A stretch of 64,000 nucleotides of DNA. Source: Limisphaerales bacterium (GTDB lineage Bacteria; Verrucomicrobiota; Verrucomicrobiia; Limisphaerales; JAJOIW01). The notes under the pieces were generated by a model. It saw only the letters and a list, made by a program, of their open reading frames with translations, had not been told where the DNA came from and searched no databases. Where the stretch lies: the NCBI GenBank assembly GCA_965657355.1, contig CBFHOE010000005.1:1-64000 (forward strand), read 5' to 3'. Below are positions 51,008 through 61,100 of the stretch, piece by piece; positions within the stretch are counted from its first letter, which is position 1; the number at the start of each line of letters is the position of its first letter. The translations under genes and the position numbers were made by a program.

Positions 51008-51607
51008 TCATGGTTTTCCCGGACTCTCAATCTCAGATTCCTGACCTAAAAGTTGTTCTAATTTTTTTGTTTTAGCCAGGGAACGAGGTGATCGACCCGA
51101 GGCATTTTTAAGATCGGCATTCGCCCCATTTTTTACCAGAAAGGTAATCGCCTCCGGTTGTTCACTTAATACGGCGAACATTAAAGGCGACTCTCCGTTC
51201 ACGTCCACGGCATCAATGTCTGCGCCTGACTTTAGTAACAACTCCATCATTGGATTACTTCCAGCACCAGCAGCAATGTGAAGTAAAGTTGATTGATCCC
51301 CACTCTTCACTTTGAGGTCAGCTCCTTTTTCGTAAAGATATTCCAGAACTTTTAGCTGTTCACTCGATGCGGCGTGGAAGACCAAAGCCATCCCAAAACC
51401 ATCCTTTGAATCCACACTTACCCCCTCTTCTTCGATAAACTTAGTTAGCTTTTCAATGTCTCCTTCATAAGCTGCATCAAATACAGTGTAGGGTTGGTTT
51501 TTGCAACCTTGTATCAATGTTGCAGTGAGAATAAATGCGACAAATAAATTGTATTTCCAATCAACACTAAGAGATCTCTTTTTTTGCTCAAAATTCATAA
51601 TGGCCAT
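51008..51607 (-). CDS. Ankyrin-repeat protein, probable lipoprotein (start likely 51607 or 51598 rather than 51742)
   Basis: Hydrophobic segment ending LIQGC, and ankyrin repeats (STLLHIAA.., GESPLMFAV.., LLKSGADIDA, KNGANAD). Confidence 0.85.
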   Translation of the reverse strand: MAIMNFEQKKRSLSVDWKYNLFVAFILTATLIQGCKNQPYTVFDAAYEGDIEKLTKFIEEEGVSVDSKDGFGMALVFHAASSEQLKVLEYLYEKGADLKVKSGDQSTLLHIAAGAGSNPMMELLLKSGADIDAVDVNGESPLMFAVLSEQPEAITFLVKNGANADLKNASGRSPRSLAKTKKLEQLLGQESEIESPGKP

Positions 51608-51728
51608 AGTGCACTTCCATACCTTATTGGCAACTTGAAAGTAGATAATCAGAGTTACCAAGTAAGTCGAATAAACCGCACACAAAGTGCCAGTTTGAGA
51701 TTGATGCGCATATTGCTGCATAAGTTGT

Positions 51729-51756
51729 TTGACATGATGCAAAAACTATATAACAT
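51729..51756 (+). promoter_or_regulatory. Putative sigma70 promoter of ppdK
   Basis: TTGACA (51729-51734), 16-nt spacer, TAACAT (51751-51756), ahead of the ATG at 51811. Confidence 0.5.
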
Positions 51757-51810
51757 TTGACGCTAAATTTTGTACCAACATCCCCTGTTGGACTCAGAAC
51801 AAGACACTAT

Positions 51811-54800
51811 ATGGCAAAAGCACCCAAGTACGTTTATTCGTTTGGAAACAAAAAAGCAGACGGCAATGGAAAGATGAAAGCCCTCCTGGGAGGCAAAGGA
51901 GCAAACCTAGCGGAGATGACACGCATAGGGCTTCCAGTTCCTCCGGGATATACGATCTCTACCGAGGTCTGCACATACTACTACGACAAAAAAAAGACCT
52001 ATCCTAAAGAGCTTGATTCACAGATGAGACAAGCTGTTGGGAAGATGGAGAGAATCCTTGGCAAAAAGTTTGGAGATAAAAAAAATCCCCTGCTAGTTGC
52101 GGTAAGATCTGGCGCAAGAGAATCGATGCCAGGGATGATGGATACCATTCTCAATCTTGGTTTAAATGCGGAGACCGTTGATGCTCTCGCAGAGAAGAGC
52201 GGCAACGCTCGTTTTGCGTGGGATTGTTACAGAAGATTTATTCAGATGTATGGCGACGTCGTTTTGGGAGTTCAAAAGCGACCAGATGAAGACGAAGAGC
52301 CATTCGAGGTCGCCATTGAAGAGCTCAAAGAGGAGTATTTTCCTGGAGAAGATGATGTCGAAGACACACGCTTGGACGTTGATGCATTAAAAGAGCTTGT
52401 AAAGAGATTCAAGAAGCTTGTTAAAGAAAGAACAGGAAAGAATTTTCCAGATGACCCATGGAAGCAATTGAATGGAGCCGTTAGCGCGGTATTCGGTTCA
52501 TGGATGAATGATAGAGCCATGGTTTACCGACGCAAATATGGAATCCCAAGTGCTTGGGGAACTGCGGTAAACGTTCAGGCTATGGTATTCGGTAATACAG
52601 GAGCTGAATCTGGATCAGGTGTTGCCTTTACTCGAGACCCGGCAACTGGTGAAAAAGTCTTTTACGGAGAGTTCTTAATGAACGCTCAAGGCGAAGACGT
52701 GGTTGCTGGCGTTCGCACGCCAAATCCCGTTGCCGAGCTAAATGGCGTCATGCCCAAGGCTTACAAGGAGCTTGTTGATGTCTGTAAAATTCTTGAGGGG
52801 CATTTCCGTGAGATGCAAGACTTCGAGTTCACTATCGAAGACCGTAAGGTTTACATGCTTCAAACCCGGAATGGCAAGCGGACAGGACTAGCGGCTGTCA
52901 GGATCGCCTGCGAAATGGTGAAAGAAAGACTGATTTCCTGGGATGAAGCAGTTAAACGCGTGCCAGCCGATCAGTTAGACCAAGTTCTGGCGCCGATTTT
53001 TGATCGAAAAGCAGTCAAAGCGGCTCAAACAATCGCAACTGGACTCCCCGCTGGCCCTGGAGCAGCAACCGGTAAGATTTATTTCAATGCCGACCGGGCT
53101 GAATCCGCTCAAAAGAAAGGTGAGAGAGTTCTACTTGTGAGGGTTGAAACCAGCCCCGAGGATCTTCGTGGGATGATCGCCGCAGAGGGTATCTTAACCG
53201 CCCGTGGAGGTGTCAGCTCACACGCCGCCCTGGTTGCTCGTCAAATGGGTAAAGTTTGTGTTTGTGGTGCAGCAAGTCTGCAAGTCAACTACGACAAACG
53301 CCAACTTTCTGTCGCAGGTCATACTTTCAGTGAAGGCGACTGGCTGTCCATTGATGGAACATCAGGCAAAGTTTACGCAGGCAAAATTCAAACAGCTGAT
53401 TCAGAAGTCATTCAGGTCTTAGTCGAGAAGTCGCTAAAACCTAAGAAAAGCGAAACCTATGGATACTTCGAGCAGTTGATGAAATGGTGTCAGCGAGCCA
53501 CCCGCATGGGAGTCAGGACTAATGCAGATTCCCCAGCGCAGGTTGCAAACGCTGTAGCCTTCGGGGCCAAAGGAATTGGACTCTGCAGAACAGAACATAT
53601 GTTCTTCGAGGGAGATCGCATTGATGCGGTCAGAGAAATGATCTTAGCCGAGTCTGAAGAAGACAGGAGAGCAGCACTCGCCAAAATTCTCCCCTACCAA
53701 AAACAGGATTTCGCTGGAATCTTTAAAGAGCTCAAAGGGCTACCAGCAACAATCAGACTTCTCGATCCTCCCCTCCATGAGTTTCTTCCTCATGAAAGCA
53801 GTATGATAATGGGCCTTGCGGCAACTCTCGATGTAAAGCCGGAATATATCAACAAACGTATTGAGGAATTACATGAATTTAATCCGATGCTAGGTCACAG
53901 GGGCTGCCGCTTGGGTAATGTCTACCCAGAAATTACAGAGATGCAGGCCCGCGCAATTTTTGAAGCAGCTGCTGAAGTTCAAAAGAAAAACAAGATCAAG
54001 GTAAAACCTGAAATAATGGTTCCTCTTGTGGGATTCTCGAAAGAACTGGAACTTCAAGTTGATGTTATTCATCGTGTCGCGAAAGAAGTAGCCAAAGAAA
54101 AGAAGACAAAGTTCAGCTATCTAGTTGGAACAATGATTGAAGTGCCTCGGGCAGCGCTTGTCGCCAATGAAATTGCCGAGACAGCACAATTCTTCAGCTT
54201 TGGAACCAACGACCTGACACAAACAACCCTCGGCATGAGTCGTGACGACTCAGGTAGTTTCCTTCCTTATTATCAGGAGGCAGAAATTATCCCCAAAAAC
54301 CCATTCGCGTCTGTCGACCAAGATGGCGTTGGGGAACTGATGAAAGTCGGGGTAGATAATGGACGTAAGACACGTCCTGATATCAAACTGGGAATTTGTG
54401 GTGAGCATGGTGGAGACCCATCCAGTGTGCATTTCTGCCACAATATTGGATTGGATTACGTAAGTTGTTCTCCATTCCGAGTACCAATTGCTCGTTTGGC
54501 AGCTGCTCAGGCAGCGCTTGCGAGCGAATCAAACCCAGAAAATACTTCTAGTAGCGCTATGAAGAAATCAACGAAAAAGAAAACAGCAGCTAAAAAGGCA
54601 GCTAAGAAAAAGGTAACGGCAAAAAAAGCCGTGGCTAAGAAGGTTGCCAAAAAGGCAGCTAAAAAAGTGGTAAAAAAAGCAGCAGCTAAAAAGGTCACCA
54701 AAAAGAAAGTGGCTAAAAAGGCAGCAGCTAAAAAGGTAGCTAAGAAAGCAGCTAAAAAAGCAGCTAAAAAAGTTACCAAAAAGAAAACTGCTAAAAAGGC

Positions 54801-54951
54801 AGCAGTCAAAAAGGTAGCTAAGAAAGCAGCTAAAAAAGTCGCCAAAAAGAAAACTGCTAAAAAGGCAGCAATCAAAAAGGTAGCTAAGAAAGCAGCTAAA
54901 AAAGTCGCCAAAAAGAAAACTGCCAAAAAGGCAGCCAAAAGAAGAAGATAG
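51811..54951 (+). CDS. ppdK: Pyruvate, phosphate dikinase with an in-frame C-terminal Lys/Ala-rich histone-H1-like extension
   Basis: [39 protein letters not shown] (phospho-His), [45 protein letters not shown], then a ~130-aa K/A/V/T tail. Start ATG at 51811 (MAKAPKYVY). Confidence 0.96.
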   Translation: MAKAPKYVYSFGNKKADGNGKMKALLGGKGANLAEMTRIGLPVPPGYTISTEVCTYYYDKKKTYPKELDSQMRQAVGKMERILGKKFGDKKNPLLVAVRSGARESMPGMMDTILNLGLNAETVDALAEKSGNARFAWDCYRRFIQMYGDVVLGVQKRPDEDEEPFEVAIEELKEEYFPGEDDVEDTRLDVDALKELVKRFKKLVKERTGKNFPDDPWKQLNGAVSAVFGSWMNDRAMVYRRKYGIPSAWGTAVNVQAMVFGNTGAESGSGVAFTRDPATGEKVFYGEFLMNAQGEDVVAGVRTPNPVAELNGVMPKAYKELVDVCKILEGHFREMQDFEFTIEDRKVYMLQTRNGKRTGLAAVRIACEMVKERLISWDEAVKRVPADQLDQVLAPIFDRKAVKAAQTIATGLPAGPGAATGKIYFNADRAESAQKKGERVLLVRVETSPEDLRGMIAAEGILTARGGVSSHAALVARQMGKVCVCGAASLQVNYDKRQLSVAGHTFSEGDWLSIDGTSGKVYAGKIQTADSEVIQVLVEKSLKPKKSETYGYFEQLMKWCQRATRMGVRTNADSPAQVANAVAFGAKGIGLCRTEHMFFEGDRIDAVREMILAESEEDRRAALAKILPYQKQDFAGIFKELKGLPATIRLLDPPLHEFLPHESSMIMGLAATLDVKPEYINKRIEELHEFNPMLGHRGCRLGNVYPEITEMQARAIFEAAAEVQKKNKIKVKPEIMVPLVGFSKELELQVDVIHRVAKEVAKEKKTKFSYLVGTMIEVPRAALVANEIAETAQFFSFGTNDLTQTTLGMSRDDSGSFLPYYQEAEIIPKNPFASVDQDGVGELMKVGVDNGRKTRPDIKLGICGEHGGDPSSVHFCHNIGLDYVSCSPFRVPIARLAAAQAALASESNPENTSSSAMKKSTKKKTAAKKAAKKKVTAKKAVAKKVAKKAAKKVVKKAAAKKVTKKKVAKKAAAKKVAKKAAKKAAKKVTKKKTAKKAAVKKVAKKAAKKVAKKKTAKKAAIKKVAKKAAKKVAKKKTAKKAAKRRR
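54776..54935 (+). repeat. 66-nt tandem repeat (~2.4 copies) encoding KKKTAKKAA(V/I)[12 protein letters not shown]
   Basis: Near-identical units start at 54776, 54842 and 54908. Confidence 0.9.
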
Positions 54952-54997
54952 ACAATTCCTGGAACTCGGGAGTTTTCCCGAATTCTGATAGGAATAC

Positions 54998-55035
54998 AAA
55001 AAAGAGCCCTGTTTTTAGACAGGCTCTTTTTTTTT
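54998..55035 (+). terminator. Intrinsic (possibly bidirectional) terminator after ppdK
   Basis: A-run, gagccctgt-tttta-gacaggctc hairpin, then 9 T. Confidence 0.75.
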
Positions 55036-55175
55036 CTTCCTTAATCCGCTCTGATTGGCCAAAAAAGGCGGAGCTTATCGATGACACCAAGCATTCAGGT
55101 TACCGTTTCAATATAGATACTTTTGTGTTACATTCTGGTATCCAGGTAGAGCGTTAGCATTTTAAAGAGAAGCAT

Positions 55176-58100
55176 ATGTTGAAAAAGTTTATTTTTGGGG
55201 TGACCGTTTACTCCATACTTTTAGGGTCGGCCGGTATCGTGTTTGGGCAAAGTTCAGGGCTCGGATTGTTGAGAGAAGTCTTCAATGGGACAGCTGGCCA
55301 AACGCTTCCAGGCCTTACAAGTAATCCAAAATATCCAGACAACCCTGATATTCAGGAGCTATGGACCAAAGGGTTTAAAATGCCAGTGGATATAGCAGAT
55401 AACTACGGCCAAAGAGTGAGAGGTTATGTAAAGCCACCTGTTACAGGAAATTATACCTTTTGGATATCAGGTGATGACCAATGCGCGCTATACCTAAGTC
55501 AGGATGACGATCCGGGTAAAGCTGAACAAATAGCAAGTGTCCCGGGCTGGACCTCAGTGGAACAATGGGATAAATATCCGGATCAAAAGTCGGAAGTTAT
55601 CCGTCTTGAGAAGGGAAATAGGTATTACATCGAGGCCCTGATGATTGAAAATGGTGGGGGGGACAGTCTCACAGTACGCTGGCAAAAACCTGGTAATGCA
55701 TTTGAATCTCCCATACCAAATACCAGTCTTGAACCCTTTGTTCCGGCACCTCCATCAATCACATCGCATCCCAAAAATCTTTCCGTCACAGAAGGCTCTC
55801 CAGCAGTATTTAAAATTGAGGGCACCCGATTGGGATTTGCATCGATAGCGTGGTATGTAGACGAAAATATCGTTCAAGGAGCAACGGGTCCAGAATTGAC
55901 CATTCCGGAAACAGCCTTAAGCCTTAATGGTAAAGATGTATTCGTTGAACTTTCATTGCCGGGTGGAGAGAAGATTAAAAGCGAAAGAGCGAAACTCACT
56001 GTTTTCCCAGATAATACCCCTCCAGAAATTTCATTAGTCTCCACCCAGGGAAGCTTGGAATCGCTTTCTCTCACATTTACAGAGCCAATTTCAGAAGCGA
56101 CTGCGACAAACACAGGAAACTATTCAGTTGATCAGGGTATACAAGTTCTTGCTGCCAAATTACTCGAAAATCGAAAAACAGTCGCATTAAGTTTAAGTCC
56201 GATGGACCCGGGTGTTACTTACACCATCAGCGTGAAGGGGATTTCTGACGTAAGTGCCAACGGTAATGTGATGATCGGATCAAAGCACATTATTGGATTT
56301 GATTTTGAAGCCTTAGAGAGATCAAATATCATTGGTAAACCAGAATCCATTGGCCCATCATCTCGAATTTCCGGGTTAATTATATCTGAATTTCTCTACA
56401 GTTCCCCAGAGCGCGAGGATGGAAAATCTTTGGAATTTGTTGAAATATTCAATACAGAGCCATGGGGTCTTGACCTGGACGGATACCGAATCAGTGGCGA
56501 AATCGATTTTTTATTCCCAAGCGGCTCAACAATTGGAGGAAGAAGCTACCTCGTTGTCGCTAAAGATCCAGCTGCAATTGAATCAGTTTATGGGATCAAA
56601 AATGTTTACGGACCATGGCAAGGCTCGCTGGGCGATGGGGGAGGAAGACTCAGATTAAGAAACACAATAGACGGTCTCGTTCAGGACATTCAATATTCAG
56701 ATAATTTCCCGTGGCCAACCGCAGCAGACGGCACTGGACATTCTCTAGCTATGGCGCGGCCCAGCTTCGGTGAGAATGATGCACGTGCTTGGAGAATCAG
56801 TCAGGAAATTTGGGGAAGACCAGGTAAGGCTGAAAATTTTGAAACGAGAGAAGATGATAACATAGTCATTAATGAGGTATTAATTAATTCAAAGGACCCC
56901 GAGCCTGATTTTATTGAGTTATATAATTATTCAAATAGTTCTGTTGATTTGTCTGGATACATCATCACGGACAATCCTGGATCAAATAAATACGTTATTC
57001 CAGATGGGATGCGAATTGGACCCAAAGGATTTTTATCTTTTGATGAGTCTGAGCTTGGCTTTGCAGTGAACTCCAGGGGTGAAGCAATATACTTTATAAG
57101 CCCTGACAGGGTTAGAGTCATTGATGCCTTTAGGTTTAGAGGTCAGCCTCAAAGTGTGAGTTATGGGAGGTTTCCGGATGGTTCGGACTACTGGACACAA
57201 CTATCCCAGCTATCAAACGGGTCCCCTAATACCGGACCAAGAGTTGGGACAATCGTTATAAATGAAATCATGTATAACCCCATCTCAAGGCGCAATCAGG
57301 ATGAATACCTCGAACTTCACAACCGAAGTGGAGAGCCAGTAGATATATCAAATTGGCGGATTCGAGGAGACATTAGTTTCACCTTTCCTTCGAACACGAC
57401 AATAGAAGGAAATAGCTTTGTGGTTATCGCGGAAAATAGAGATTACCTCATTCAAAAATATGCTGCGCTTTCTCAACAAAACACCTTCGGGAACTTTAAT
57501 AGGACCTTGTCGAATAGCTCAGGATCCCTTCGTTTATTAAAGCCAGCACCCAAATTTATAAGTGGCCCAGATGGCCAACAGATCGAACAAACTATTTACG
57601 TCATAGAGGATGAGGTTACTTTTCAAGAGGATGGTGAATGGCCGACTGATCCTGATGGCCGCGGAAGTAGCCTTGAGCTCGTAAACCCTGGTGTCGATAA
57701 TGCCGTTGGTGCTAACTGGGCCGCCAGCAAAGAATCTGATAAATCAGAATGGAAGGAATATTCGTGGACTGGGCGACTCGATAATGGAGCTCTGCCCGGA
57801 GGCAGCCCAAGGCATGAAATCCAAATCATGTTATTAGGCGCAGGTGAGTGCTTAATTGATGACGTCAAAGTTTCCCAAAACAGCGAAGTAAACCTGGTCA
57901 CAAATCCTAGTTTTGAAAGACAGACTGCATCCTGGGTGATTCAGGGCAATCACGTAAAATCTACGGCAAGTGAAAGAGGGCAAGCTAGCAGCGGCAACTA
58001 TTCGCTTCATCTGAGAGCTTCAAGTGGCGGTGACAATGGCGCAAACAGAATTGAAACCGATCTGACCCGGAACTTAACTATTAATCAAGAGGCAACTATC

Positions 58101-61100
58101 TCAGCAAAAGTAAAATGGCTACGAGGTAGCGAAAACCTTCTCTTAAGACTTTTAGGAAACTACGGGGAACTTTCTGCAAAGTTGGAGTTGCCAAAAGAAT
58201 TGGGATCCCCTGGGCAAGTCAATAGCACGAGAGCCGAAAACACCCCGCCTTCAATCACACATGTTTCGCACTCGCCTATTCTCCCCCGCTCCAACCAGAA
58301 TGTGACGATACAAGCTCAGGTAAAAGACAGTGACCAGATTAGTCGATTAGTGGTCAATTACAGAGTCTTTCCTGCAAAAACTTACAAATCTGTTTCCATG
58401 GATTACCGTGGTGCCGGCATATATACTGCAGAAATTCCACGACAAGCCAATGGAAGAAGGGTGGGTTTTCACATTGAGGCTATTGATGGGCATGCCTCTG
58501 AACTTTCCTCTCATTTTCCAGGTCCAGGGTTGGAAGACAATGGAATCATCAGGTTTGGATCGACTAATCAAGGAGGATCTTTTGGGAATTACCACATATG
58601 GATTGGGGAGGAAAATCTAACCACGTGGAAATCGAGGGCAAAATTGAGCAATGAGTTACTTCCAGTAACATTCGTTTATGGAAATGAAAGGGTGGTTTAT
58701 TCAGCCTTGGGAAGATATCGCGGGAGTCCTTTTATCCGTCCAGGTTATTCGAACCCAGATAATGGATCTGCTATGGGAATGATATACAGGTTTCCATCGA
58801 GCAACTCTTTTTTGGGATCTGACAAGATTAACTTGGACGGTCTGGAACCGGGAAGAGACGATACGAGCCAAAGAGAGAAGACTTCATTTTGGATTGGTGA
58901 GCAACTCGGCGTCTCATATTCCTATCAAAGATATATAAGACTTTTCGTCAACGGAACCAGGAAGAGTGACATATACACAGATTCAATGCAGCCTGACTCG
59001 GATTACATAGAGCGTTGGTATCCAAATGAAACTGATGGTGATTTGTATAAAATAGATGACTGGTTTGAATTTAATGATGGCTCGAACCCAGGAAGAGGTC
59101 TCAATAGAAATGCACGCCTGACTCCTTACACAACTTCCGGAGGTGCCTTGAAAAAAACGGCTTATAGATGGATGTGGGAAAAAAAGCCAAATGGAGGATA
59201 TAATGATGATTACGCTTCTCTTCTAGAACTTGTAAGGACAATGAACACTGTAGGCCCTGCGTATACTACTGCTGTAGAGCAATCAGTTGACGTCGATCAA
59301 TGGATGAGGGTTTTTGCGACAAGACACATTGTAGGAGATTGGGATGGTTACGGATACAACAGAGGTAAAAACCAATCGGCATACAAACCAGAAGGAGGAA
59401 AATGGAAAATGCTACTCTGGGATTTAGACTTTTCACTGGGAGGTGGAAGCGATAACCCTGTGACGAGCATGTTTAATGTCAATGACCCAACCATAGGAAC
59501 CTTCTATAGGCATCCTCCTTTTGAACGAGCTTATCTCAGGGCATGGCAAGATGCCGTGGATGGCCCCTTAAACCCATCAAATGTTAGGGCACAAACTCAA
59601 AAAGTATACAATGGCTTAAGAGCAAATGGGGTTCAGGTTGCTTCACCTGGAAACATGCAAAGCTGGATAAATCAAAGAAGGAACTATTTGATATCACAAC
59701 TTAATCCATTCAAAACAGACCTCTCGGTAACGACAAACTCGGGAAAAGATTTCAACTCGGATGACAACATAATTGAACTTCGTGGTCGTGCCCCGGTCAA
59801 GATCAAAGACCTCTTATTCAATGGCATACCATTAAATGTAGAGTGGATTAATGAGACAGCGTGGAAAACTATGATTCCCTTGCGCCCGGGTCAAAACCAA
59901 ATTGCAATCACAGGACGAGATTCCTATGGCAATTTAATTGAGGATCAAGCGGACCTGATTCGGATAGATTATGCGGGCACACCGGTAAACCCTGCGGACT
60001 TTTTAGTAATTAATGAAATCAACTACAATTCAGGAGGAAACGGACTTTCGTTCATTGAACTGTTTAACAACTCACCAGATCATACATTTGATTTAGGCGG
60101 AATGCGACTAAATGGCATTGGTTACACATTTGATCCAGGCTCGATAATTGCACCTGAGGGATTTGTTGTTCTCGCTTCCGATCCAGCATCCCTATCCACT
60201 GAATTAGATGCCGGAGTCATTATCTTTGATGAATTCCGAGGAGGATTGGATAACGATGGGGAGACCATAACTTTAATAGCTCCTGGTAGAAATAATGGGC
60301 AAGATGAAATTATTGACCAAGTAAGATATGATGAGGTCTTCCCATGGCCAACGGAAGCTAATGGCCAAGGACCCTCATTACAATTAAAGAATCCAGATCT
60401 GGACAACCGTCGACCAGATAACTGGTTTTCCTCAAAAGGACCAAGTACGCCTGATAAAACGGAAACAGTTATGAGGTATAGCCATAATTGGAAATTCAAC
60501 CAATCCGGAAACAACCTTGGCACATCGTGGAAAGAAACGGGTTTTAACGACTCTAGATGGCAAAATGGGCCAGGGCTCCTTTACGTAGAAAACTCTGGTC
60601 TGCCAGAACCGAAAAGAACGCCGCTAACGCGCGGTCCGATAACCTTTTATTTCAGAACCACAGTGGATATTGCAGACCCGTCAGGTTCCAATTTTGTCTT
60701 CAATACAATACTCGACGATGGAGCGATCATCTATATAAACGGAAAAGAGATCTCTCGCATAGGAATGCCTAGAGGAAATATTTCAGCTTCAACTACGGCA
60801 TCGCGTACAATTGGCAATGCGAGCGTCGAAGGCCCTTTCTCCATTCCATCTTCAACCTTTAAACAAGGAACTAATGTTATTGCCGTCGAAGTTCACCAAA
60901 CCAATGCCAACAGCTCCGATATTGTTTGGGGAATGGAAATTCAAAACAGGATACCCGGTACACGCCCCTATTCTCCAGGCAAACCCAATTTTGGGGCCCC
61001 TGCTGCCAATGAGTTGCCAGATATCTGGCTTAATGAACTTTATCTAGGAATTGATGAAGATTCATGGCTTGAGATATATAATTCTGGAGATTCAAACCAA

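Noticed and set aside
54776..54935. Regular 66-nt periodicity resembling a CRISPR repeat-spacer unit
   Set aside because: Whole units are repeated with no unique spacers, the region is coding, and there are no cas genes.
54507..54999. Two 143-aa antisense ORFs (hydrophobic AAFLA.. and Cys/Phe-rich) that resemble membrane proteins
   Set aside because: They are reverse-complement shadows of the Lys/Ala codon repeat in the ppdK tail.
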